Source: Candidatus Cloacimonadota bacterium (GTDB lineage: Bacteria; Cloacimonadota; Cloacimonadia; JGIOTU-2). Taken from it: a stretch of DNA of 64,000 nt. Location of the stretch: assembly GCA_049903315.1 (NCBI GenBank), contig JBNGBT010000007.1, positions 360 through 64,359 on the forward strand. Reading direction: 5' to 3'. Positions 18,787 through 27,396 of the stretch are shown in pieces (position 1 is the first letter of the stretch; every line of letters begins with the position of its first letter). The notes below the pieces were generated by a model, which saw only the letters and a list, made by a program, of their open reading frames with translations, did no database searches and was not told where the DNA came from. The position numbers were made by a program, and so were the translations under genes.

Positions 18787-19727
18787 CAGTACTGAACCTT
18801 TTTCTCAAGCTGCTTTTGAAGCATGGTCAAACCAAGAATTATAACGAATAGAATAAGAGCTATTGCACTCGCATAGCTGAGATTCTGTGACTCGCCAAAG
18901 CCTATTTCAAAAATATAATACACGATCACTTTTGTTGTTCCCAGCGGTCCGCCGATTGGTGGTCCCGTCATTAAATATACCTGCGAGAAGACTTGAAAAG
19001 TTGTGATGGTCGTCATGAGTAGTACATAGAAAGTTGTAGGGGAAATAAGGGGGACAGTGATTTTAAAAAACTGTTTCCATTTGCTTGCACCATCGATATC
19101 AGCAGCTTCATAATATACTTCCGGAATATTCTGGAGTCCAGCAAGATAAATGATTGTATTATAGCCCAGACTTCTCCAGATACTTACAATTATGATCGCA
19201 AAAAGTGCGAGTGAAGGCCCACCTAATGCTTTTGGTATATTGATGCCCATTGCACCAAAAAGTAGGGTAAAAATTCCTCTTGGTTCGGAAAGCCAATCGA
19301 GTCCATGAATGCTAAAGAAACCAAGTACATGGTTCATCAATCCGCCGTGAGGTGAGAAGATCAGTTTCCAAAGAATTGAGATGGCAACGAGGGATGTGAC
19401 TGTGGGGATGAAATATGTTGTTCTGAAGAGACCGGATAGTTTTTTTGTTCTGTTGAGAAGATTCGCAAAGAAAAGTGACAAAACAAGTGTTACGGGCACG
19501 ACAAAAATTACTAGGTAAAATGTATTGATCAGAGATTGCCAGAAACCGGGATCCTGGAAAAGTTTAATGTAGTTTTGGAAGCCGATAAATTTCTCTGGTC
19601 CGTGGATAGTCCATTTGAAAAAGCTAATAATGAAGGAGAGTAATATTGGTATGAAACGGAAAGCGAATACTACAAGAAATGCTGGTAAGATATACCCGAA
19701 AGGGAAATAGCTTTTTTTTGTTCTCAT
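18786..19727 (-). CDS. Carbohydrate ABC transporter permease (MalF/UgpA type)
   Basis: FIGFQNY, YLAGLQNIP..YYEAADIDGA..W..F.KITVPL. Confidence 0.92.
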   Translation of the reverse strand: MRTKKSYFPFGYILPAFLVVFAFRFIPILLSFIISFFKWTIHGPEKFIGFQNYIKLFQDPGFWQSLINTFYLVIFVVPVTLVLSLFFANLLNRTKKLSGLFRTTYFIPTVTSLVAISILWKLIFSPHGGLMNHVLGFFSIHGLDWLSEPRGIFTLLFGAMGINIPKALGGPSLALFAIIIVSIWRSLGYNTIIYLAGLQNIPEVYYEAADIDGASKWKQFFKITVPLISPTTFYVLLMTTITTFQVFSQVYLMTGPPIGGPLGTTKVIVYYIFEIGFGESQNLSYASAIALILFVIILGLTMLQKQLEKKVQY

Positions 19728-19745
19728 CAGCTCCTACTAAGAAAG

Positions 19746-19819
19746 TGGCTGGGGTGCAGGGATTCGAACCCCAATAGGCAGATCCAGAGTCTGCTGTCTT
19801 GCCATTAGACGACACCCCA
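19746..19819 (-). tRNA. tRNA-Gln(CTG)
   Basis: Cloverleaf; anticodon arm GCAGA-CT-CTG-GA-TCTGC; GTTCGAATCC; encoded CCA. Confidence 0.97.
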
Positions 19820-19830
19820 TGGTTAAAAAG

Positions 19831-19905
19831 TGGCTGGGTCGGGAGGATTCGAACCTCCGAATGCAGGGACCAAAACCCTGTGCCTTGCCGCTTGGCGACG
19901 ACCCA
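19831..19905 (-). tRNA. tRNA-Gln(TTG)
   Basis: CAGGG-TT-TTG-GT-CCCTG; T-loop; CCA. Confidence 0.97.
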
Positions 19906-19917
19906 CATTTCTATAAA

Positions 19918-20010
19918 TGGCGGAGAGGCAGGGATTCGAACCCTGGGTAAGATGTTACTCCTACACACGCTTAGCAGGCGCGCACCTTAAGCCAACTCGG
20001 TCACCTCTCC
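19918..20010 (-). tRNA. tRNA-Ser(GCT)
   Basis: CGCGC-CT-GCT-AA-GCGTG; long variable arm; CCA. Confidence 0.97.
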
Positions 20011-20023
20011 AAAAAGAACAAAA

Positions 20024-20109
20024 TGGCGGAGGATGAGGGACTCGAACCCCCAAGGGCAGAGCCCGGCGGTTTTCAAGACCGCTGCCTTACCAATTAGGAC
20101 TAATCCTCC
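20024..20109 (-). tRNA. tRNA-Ser(TGA)
   Basis: GCGGT-CT-TGA-AA-ACCGC; 7-bp acceptor stem; variable arm; CCA. Confidence 0.96.
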
Positions 20110-20246
20110 GTTCTATAATTCTCATATTTAGGGAATTAGGTTGATATAATCCGAAGGGCTCTTCTCAACTGTCAACATTTTCAAAAAAAATTGTATATTT
20201 CCGATTTTGTTGACATATCTGAGCATAAATCACTTTTTCTCACTCT

Positions 20247-21086
20247 ATGCAAAGAATAGGAATCTTCTATAATCCAACGTTATTTAAAAAAATTATTAAG
20301 CTGAAAGAACGCATTAAATTCCTTCAGAAAAATAAGTATTCTATCTCTTTATTAGAAAGCCAAAAGAGAGATGGATTGCAGGGAATAACCTATGTGAATA
20401 AATTTACCAAAAAGAACATAGATCTGCTCATAGTACTTGGTGGTGATGGCACGATTCTCCTTGCTTCAAAATCAGTACTAAAGGAAGGTGTGCCCCTTCT
20501 TGGATTCAATCACGGTAAACTTGGTTTTTTGTCCGAGTGTGAAAAACATGAATTTGAACCAGTCTTTTCCAAGTTACAAGCAAAGTCGTATGAAATTGAG
20601 AAAAGAATGGTTCTTGAATGCATGTTTCCCTCGCATCCTGGCGCGGAATATTTTGCATTAAATGATTGCGTCCTCTATAAAGGGGAATATCCTAAAATGA
20701 TCACTTTCTCGATTTTCATGGATGATGAATATCTTTTTGATATCGAAGCGGACGGAATTATTGTTTCTACCCCAACTGGCTCAACAGGGTACAATATATC
20801 AGCAGGCGGCTCGATTGCTTTTCCTCACACAAATGTGCTTTTACTCACTCCGATTAATCCTCATGATCAGTTTATCAAACCCTTTATAATTTCTGCAGAA
20901 AAAAAGCTCACGATAAAATACATAAATGGTAATGAGAAAATATATGTTGCCCTCGATGGTGAAAATGTTGAAAAAATGAAGAAAGGTCAGGATGTCCAAA
21001 TTAAAAGGTCTGCATATTCATCAAAATTCATAAAATTACCAGATAAGACTTTTGCAAAAATCGTTAAGGAAAAATTCATAGACTAA
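20247..21086 (+). CDS. nadK: NAD kinase
   Basis: LGGDGT, GKLGFL, ALND, ADGIIVSTPTGSTGYNISAGG. Confidence 0.95.
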   Translation: MQRIGIFYNPTLFKKIIKLKERIKFLQKNKYSISLLESQKRDGLQGITYVNKFTKKNIDLLIVLGGDGTILLASKSVLKEGVPLLGFNHGKLGFLSECEKHEFEPVFSKLQAKSYEIEKRMVLECMFPSHPGAEYFALNDCVLYKGEYPKMITFSIFMDDEYLFDIEADGIIVSTPTGSTGYNISAGGSIAFPHTNVLLLTPINPHDQFIKPFIISAEKKLTIKYINGNEKIYVALDGENVEKMKKGQDVQIKRSAYSSKFIKLPDKTFAKIVKEKFID

Positions 21087-21700
21087 TGTATACAAAAAAA
21101 GAAGGTTTTGCTAGTGCAGATTTTGACCCTAAAACAGTACTTTCTATTCCAAATATCGTAACTTTTATACGATTAGTCATTTTACCATTTGTTCTTGTCT
21201 CACTAAATAAAGGGCAGAATATTCAGGCTTTCATCCTTATTTTATTAGCTGGCTTTACTGATGTGCTGGATGGTTTTCTGGCGAAGATATTGAATCAAGC
21301 GACCACTATTGGCAAAATACTAGACCCGGTCATAGATAAGATATTTACTGTTACAGTATTGATATATCTCTATGCATATCGAGGTTATCCTTTCTGGGCA
21401 TTTTATTTGATCATAGCATTTGAAATATTAATTCTTTTTGGCGGTTATTGGATGATAATGAAACATCATCAAATACCGAGTTCAAGTTTATGCGGTAAAA
21501 TAGCTGTTGTGATAATCAGCCTGGCTATGTATATATACGTTGTTGATATTGACTCAATTAATTCCTTTTGCATTTTTGGTGTTAATATGAAAATTTTATT
21601 GGTACTATTAGGAGTAATCCTGTTGTTTTTTGCAACGATCAGGTATGCACAAATATCTAAAAGAGAAATTTTAAAAAATAATGAGAAAAAGGTGGATTGA
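21086..21700 (+). CDS. CDP-alcohol phosphatidyltransferase (PgsA-like)
   Basis: IPNIVTFIR, TDVLDGFLAK...GKILDPVIDK. Confidence 0.92.
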   Translation: MYTKKEGFASADFDPKTVLSIPNIVTFIRLVILPFVLVSLNKGQNIQAFILILLAGFTDVLDGFLAKILNQATTIGKILDPVIDKIFTVTVLIYLYAYRGYPFWAFYLIIAFEILILFGGYWMIMKHHQIPSSSLCGKIAVVIISLAMYIYVVDIDSINSFCIFGVNMKILLVLLGVILLFFATIRYAQISKREILKNNEKKVD

Positions 21701-22629
21701 TGGCAGCTCTATACCTCTCCGGAAGAATCAAAAATATTATTATGATAGGTGTAGTTATTATTGCACTTATTATTGCTTTTAACAAATCAAAGATAGTCAA
21801 CTCATTTATTAAACCATCTGACATAATGGGACAGACACCAAAAAGAGCAGTAGAAATGTTCCAGAATTCAAAATATGACACAAAGATTGAATTGAAATAT
21901 ACAACGAAAGATATGAATGAGATCAAACGCGCTGTAGATGATGTAATTGTTAGTAATGATCTCAATACAATATATTCAAAATCCTCGTCCAATAATGTGA
22001 CAAAACTCGTTGAAATTCCTAGAGAAGATTATAAAGAAATCATTACATCTTTGCGAGACCATGAGGAGTTGAAATCTGATGAACTTGTTCAATCCACAGA
22101 ATCAGCACCAATAGAATCTCTTAAGCAAAGAATCAATGATGAAGAGAAGGTTAAAGAGAAAATACTTTCTGACCTTGCGCAAGTACGTAGTGTATATGAG
22201 ACGGAAAGTCTTCAACAGAATCTCAAGAGACAGAATAATACCCTTGATTCATTGCGGCAATCATTAACCGCAAAACAACAGCAGATCAATAATGTTCTTG
22301 CTAAGATCGATATATCGCATTTTGTTTCTCGTGCAGATGTGACAGAGCATGCATTCAAATCCTTTCTTACGACGTTTGTAATCTCCTTACTCTTCATTTC
22401 TGTTGCACTGTTTGTAATATATTTTATCATTCTTCTTTTCACGAAACTCTTTTCTGTGCTTGGAATAAAAACCACTCATGGTCAGCCCTCAAGATATGGT
22501 TCTGGTTCCAGCTATGGCTACGGATATGATTATGGTTCAAGAAAAAAAATAAAGAGAAAATATATTAGAAAACCACGGAGTGACGAAGGAGAGAGTTCTG
22601 AGGAGAAAAAAGATAAAAACGAGAAATAA
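21697..22629 (+). CDS. Membrane-anchored coiled-coil protein (DUF4349-like)
   Basis: N-terminal TM, coiled coil, C-terminal TM and basic tail. Confidence 0.5.
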   Translation: MMAALYLSGRIKNIIMIGVVIIALIIAFNKSKIVNSFIKPSDIMGQTPKRAVEMFQNSKYDTKIELKYTTKDMNEIKRAVDDVIVSNDLNTIYSKSSSNNVTKLVEIPREDYKEIITSLRDHEELKSDELVQSTESAPIESLKQRINDEEKVKEKILSDLAQVRSVYETESLQQNLKRQNNTLDSLRQSLTAKQQQINNVLAKIDISHFVSRADVTEHAFKSFLTTFVISLLFISVALFVIYFIILLFTKLFSVLGIKTTHGQPSRYGSGSSYGYGYDYGSRKKIKRKYIRKPRSDEGESSEEKKDKNEK

Positions 22630-22637
22630 TTTGTGAT

Positions 22638-22868
22638 ATGATGATTTGGCTCGTTTTGCTTATCGTTGGACTTTTGCTTATATTTCTTGAGATTTTCTTT
22701 CATAATCTTATCTTATTGAGTTTTGGAGTTGCAGCACTTTTCACAGGATTTATCAATATTTTGGGAATGCTAAATATTCCAATTTTAATATTAATTTATT
22801 GCCTATGTTCATTAATTAATCTATTTGTGTTGAAAAACCTTCTCAGAAGGTTGATAAGGAAGAGATAA
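22638..22868 (+). CDS. Small membrane protein resembling the NfeD TM region
   Basis: WLVLLIVGLLLIFLEI...LLSFGVAAL; no OB domain. Confidence 0.5.
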   Translation: MMIWLVLLIVGLLLIFLEIFFHNLILLSFGVAALFTGFINILGMLNIPILILIYCLCSLINLFVLKNLLRRLIRKR

Positions 22869-22944
22869 TTCGGTGTTGCAAAGGTTGACAAATAAATACC
22901 TATGACAATGTTCTTGGTCAAAATTATAAATTTTAGGAGATTCA

Positions 22945-23205
22945 ATGCCAGATCATAAATCTTGTGAAAAAAGATTGCGCTCGGATAAAAAAAAGAAAGA
23001 GCGAAATCATTATGTGAAAAAGAGTATCAGCACGATCATAAAGAAGATAAAGAAGTCCACTGACAAAGCAGAGATGGCTACAATGCTGGTTCAAGCTCAT
23101 TCTCTTATTGATAAAGCAGTTAAAAAGGGAGTTATACACAGGAATAATGCGGATAGAAAGAAATCAAGGTTAAATAAATTTGTAAAAAATTTTGAAGCTA
23201 ATTAG
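22945..23205 (+). CDS. rpsT: 30S ribosomal protein S20
   Basis: HKSCEKRLR, IDKAVKKGVIHRNNADRKKSRL. Confidence 0.97.
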   Translation: MPDHKSCEKRLRSDKKKKERNHYVKKSISTIIKKIKKSTDKAEMATMLVQAHSLIDKAVKKGVIHRNNADRKKSRLNKFVKNFEAN

Positions 23206-23213
23206 CATCTACT

Positions 23214-26200
23214 TTGAATAAAAAAAGAAAATCTATTATCGTTCTACTGGTGGGTATATTTGTTACATGCCCCTTATTCGGGGACTCGCTAATATCAGTA
23301 CTACGATCCTCTTTAGATAATCTTACTATAGAATTTACACTACCAGAATATGAAATTCAATCGAAGAACGATTTTACCTACATAGAATGTCCTGAACTGA
23401 AACGTGAGGAGATCGAAGGAAAGATTGATCTTCCGTACTACTCTTTTCTGGTGGGTGTTCCTACAAACGGAAATGCGCAGGCATCAATTGTCTCTTCAGT
23501 GGATAGTTATTTTGAATTAACTTCACCAGTTACTCCTTTCCCAAAATTTATCAAAGACGAACAAAAGGGCACATACTCTCTTGTGTATGATATCAAACAA
23601 GATATTTATTCACTTGAAACTTCAAAGGAAATTCTGGATATATCAGAACCTTACTTATGGAGACAACAAACAGTTATCAAAGTAGTTCTGCACCCTTTTA
23701 TCGTTGAAAATGAAAAACTCAAAATCATAAAAAATCTCAAACTCTCATTCTCGCTTAGCGGCAATAAAGCATCAAGACCATTTTATGATAAGAATTTTGA
23801 ACAAGTTTTTCAAAATACAATAATCAATTTTGATATAGCACAACATTGGAGTTCGGATAGAGAACTGAAAAAACAGGATAATCCATTCTCACACGCAGAT
23901 AGGTGGTTCAAAATACCTATCACTGAAAATGGGATTTGCAAACTAACCAAGCAAAAATTGTCTGATGCAGGAATTGATGTGGATAATCTCGATCCTGATG
24001 AGATCAAGGTATTTAATGGCGGAGGATATTCACAGAGCCGATCAGTCTATTCAACATTATATCCCTTTGAAGAAGTGCCAGTTTTCATAACTGAGAGCGG
24101 TTCTGATTATACAATATATTTTTATGTGAGAAATACAAATGGCATCGAATTGAACGACAATTACGAACAATATTTTAATCCTTATACAGGCGAGAATACC
24201 TACTGGCTCACTTATAATACTGATCTTGCTTCACGCCCCAATTATCATAACCAATATTCAAGCGATCTCACAAAACGTGAAACATTCACTACATATAGTT
24301 ATTCACAACATTTTGAAGAAGATCATGTGCGATCTGATCCGCTTATGATTGAATGGTACTGGCAAAGCTTTACAGGGAGCGGATCGAGCACAAAGTATTT
24401 TGATTTTACAGTTTCAGAACTCAATACAAATGAACCTCAAGAATTAACGATTAATTTTAACTACCGTCCTTATACTTATTATATAAAAACCTATCTAAAC
24501 GACGTGTTACTTGATGATTATGTATGGACATCCTCACACGTGACTTATACTGGAAATTTTCTTCAAAATGGAACAAATACTCTCAAGGTTGTTGAAACCA
24601 CTTCCGGTTCCCAGACCTTATATTTTGATTATTATGAAATAGCATATACAAAGAATCTCAAGATGGAGAATAATTATCTTGCATTTTCACTTCCTCAGGA
24701 AAATGTGGAGTATACTGTTCATGTTTCTAATGTTGCAAACAATGAACTTCAGATATTCAAATTACGTGATTTTTATCAGGCTTCAAAGATCACAAATTAT
24801 GATATTTCAGGAACTTCTCTTTCATTCAATGCTCTTTCGGACACTGCCGGAACGCAATTCTGCATTGTCAGTAATGGTGGATATATTATTCCTGATGTAG
24901 TTGAAGAAAAATTAGAGCCGCTTGTATATTTGAATGGCACAGAAATTCGTTCATACCTGAGGGATGAAATAACTCTTGCTAATACTGAAGCAATAATTAT
25001 TACCCCTGAACAATTTTGGGATAATGCCAAAGAGCTTGCCGATGTACATTATGCAAATGATAATTTGAATGTGCTTGTCGTGAAAATAAATGATATATAT
25101 GATGAATTTGCATGGGGCTTGGTAGATGTAGTTGCTGTAAGATATTTCCTAAATTATGGATATGACTATTATGCTTCGATTCCAGACAGACAGTTATCTT
25201 ATGTAGCCCTAATGGGCGATGGAACAAATGATTTCCGAGGGTATGAGCAGGGCTCTGTAGAAAAAAATAAAATTCTTCCTTTTGTAGAAGGAACAACTGC
25301 ATCTGATGATTATTTTGTTTATTTTATTACAAAACTTAATCCTTCATTAATGATAGGTCGTTTTCCAGGTTATACTGACTCTCAAATGGAGATCATGGTC
25401 GATAAGACTGTTGATTTTATTTCAAATCCCGAATTTGGATATTGGCGTAATCGCGTGATTCTATGTGCAGATGATTTTCTTAAACAGGGACAAAACACCG
25501 AAACAGGTCACACAACTCATGCAGAAAGTTGTTCGCGAAGAATTGAAGCCAATGTCGAACTTCTGAAAAACTATGGAATCCGGTACCCTCTTGATGAATT
25601 CCAGAACCGTCCGGAAGCTAATGAAGATTTAATAAAGATGATCAATAATGGAGCCGGAATATTTTATTACATTGGACATGGCGGTTATGATGTCATCGGG
25701 GACGAAGAATATTTTCGAGCAAGCAGGGATATTACAAAACTCACAAACGGGAATAGACTCAACTTCTTTCTTGCAGCATCATGCGATATAGGTTTGTTTG
25801 ACTCCAATACAATTGAGTCGATGGCTGAGCGTATGATGTACAGCAAGGACAAGGGCTCGATTGCTGTATTTGCTTCTGCCCGAAAAGGTGGATACGGACC
25901 GTGTTCTGATGTTGTATCGCTTGTAGTAAATCACACAGGTGAAAGCATTACAATAGGTCAAGCAGTAATAGCTTCAAAAGGGGGAGGAGCATCGAAATCA
26001 TATGAGAAATACTTGCTTTTCGGGGATCCGATGTTGAGAACAGCTCTCCCTGCAATAAGGGGTAATATTACAATTCCAGAAGAATTTGTCGACTCACTTC
26101 AAGCACGTCAAACAGCTTCTTTGCAAGGAGTTATCGACACAACAGGATTTTTATTTGATGAAGTATTCAATGTAGCGTATGACACTGACTATATCGTCAA

Positions 26201-27119
26201 ATATCCTTATGATTATCGCGATCCTAACACGGGAATCTGGGAAATCAGATATCTTGGTGTTGTTGAAAAGGGAAAAGCGATTTTTAAAGGACCCGTTTCA
26301 TTGCAGAATAATAATTTTGATTTTGGTTTCATTGTTCCTGATGATGTATATGGCGGAAATGAAGGGCAGGTGTTAAGTTATTCTATTGGCACATCTATTG
26401 AAAATGATGTGGATGTAGCGTTGAGGTATAATAAACGGAATAATCCCGATGATCATGAACTTATTATAAATGGGTATGCAGAATCCGAAAATGACGGACC
26501 ACCTCAGATCACTATGTGGTTGGATAATGATGCTTTTAAAAACGGAGATTACGTGTCATCATCACCTCTTGTATATATAGAAATTCTTGATAGCAACGGT
26601 GTAAATATCACTAATTATCCCGGTCATCGAATTTTATTAACAGTAGATAATGAGGATGAGTATAATATCACAGAATATTTTGTATATGATTTGGATTCTT
26701 TTATTCAAGGATCGATCGAATATCAGTTAGAGTCAATACCAACGGGCACCCACACTTTACGATTGGAGGTCTTTGATAACCTGAACGAAGTAGCATTTTA
26801 TGATGTTGAGTTTAAGATTAAAAGCCCTGATAATATTGATGTGCGGACTGTGTTGAATTATCCAAATCCTATGGATGACCATACATATTTCACTTTCTAT
26901 CTTGATGGTGATGCTTCTGTTGACATTGAGATATTTACTGTGGCTGGCAGAAAGATTAAAACAATAGATGATTTAATACTTCGCACGGGTTATAATCAGG
27001 TGTTGTGGAATGGCAAAGATGAAGATGGAGATGTTCCCTCAAATGGCGTATATTTTTATAAATTGAAAGTCAATGGGAAGACGATTGATGAAATCTTTAA
27101 GATCATTATTTTCCATTAA
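23214..27119 (+). CDS. porU: C25 gingipain-family PorU-like sortase/cysteine protease with FlgD-Ig CTD
   Basis: DIYDEF, LMGD, IGRFP, YYIGHGG (His), AASCDIGLFD (Cys), LFGDP, D.DGPPQI, VLNYPNP; TTG start. Confidence 0.8.
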   Translation: MNKKRKSIIVLLVGIFVTCPLFGDSLISVLRSSLDNLTIEFTLPEYEIQSKNDFTYIECPELKREEIEGKIDLPYYSFLVGVPTNGNAQASIVSSVDSYFELTSPVTPFPKFIKDEQKGTYSLVYDIKQDIYSLETSKEILDISEPYLWRQQTVIKVVLHPFIVENEKLKIIKNLKLSFSLSGNKASRPFYDKNFEQVFQNTIINFDIAQHWSSDRELKKQDNPFSHADRWFKIPITENGICKLTKQKLSDAGIDVDNLDPDEIKVFNGGGYSQSRSVYSTLYPFEEVPVFITESGSDYTIYFYVRNTNGIELNDNYEQYFNPYTGENTYWLTYNTDLASRPNYHNQYSSDLTKRETFTTYSYSQHFEEDHVRSDPLMIEWYWQSFTGSGSSTKYFDFTVSELNTNEPQELTINFNYRPYTYYIKTYLNDVLLDDYVWTSSHVTYTGNFLQNGTNTLKVVETTSGSQTLYFDYYEIAYTKNLKMENNYLAFSLPQENVEYTVHVSNVANNELQIFKLRDFYQASKITNYDISGTSLSFNALSDTAGTQFCIVSNGGYIIPDVVEEKLEPLVYLNGTEIRSYLRDEITLANTEAIIITPEQFWDNAKELADVHYANDNLNVLVVKINDIYDEFAWGLVDVVAVRYFLNYGYDYYASIPDRQLSYVALMGDGTNDFRGYEQGSVEKNKILPFVEGTTASDDYFVYFITKLNPSLMIGRFPGYTDSQMEIMVDKTVDFISNPEFGYWRNRVILCADDFLKQGQNTETGHTTHAESCSRRIEANVELLKNYGIRYPLDEFQNRPEANEDLIKMINNGAGIFYYIGHGGYDVIGDEEYFRASRDITKLTNGNRLNFFLAASCDIGLFDSNTIESMAERMMYSKDKGSIAVFASARKGGYGPCSDVVSLVVNHTGESITIGQAVIASKGGGASKSYEKYLLFGDPMLRTALPAIRGNITIPEEFVDSLQARQTASLQGVIDTTGFLFDEVFNVAYDTDYIVKYPYDYRDPNTGIWEIRYLGVVEKGKAIFKGPVSLQNNNFDFGFIVPDDVYGGNEGQVLSYSIGTSIENDVDVALRYNKRNNPDDHELIINGYAESENDGPPQITMWLDNDAFKNGDYVSSSPLVYIEILDSNGVNITNYPGHRILLTVDNEDEYNITEYFVYDLDSFIQGSIEYQLESIPTGTHTLRLEVFDNLNEVAFYDVEFKIKSPDNIDVRTVLNYPNPMDDHTYFTFYLDGDASVDIEIFTVAGRKIKTIDDLILRTGYNQVLWNGKDEDGDVPSNGVYFYKLKVNGKTIDEIFKIIIFH

Positions 27120-27396
27120 TATATTTTGTTTATCTAATCTTTTAATAAATTTGACAAATAGGAATCTTATTTTCAATATTGGAAATGCTTATAAATAAAT
27201 TAGTCTTTATATCTAAAAAAGATGAGGTTATGGTAAAAAAAGAAAATGCTATGTTAATGTCTAAGTTAGGCTTAAAACCAGTTTTATCTCATCACTTATT
27301 GGCTGGTTATACCCCCGAGGGGAACTTTATTCACTTCTATGCGAGGTTATTTATTATGTTAACGAAATCTGATTTATTAAAATCGGAGGAGACGGT

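Noticed and set aside
20024..20109. tRNA-Sec or UGA suppressor
   Set aside because: The anticodon is TGA (reads UCA, Ser) with a 7-bp acceptor stem; Sec needs TCA
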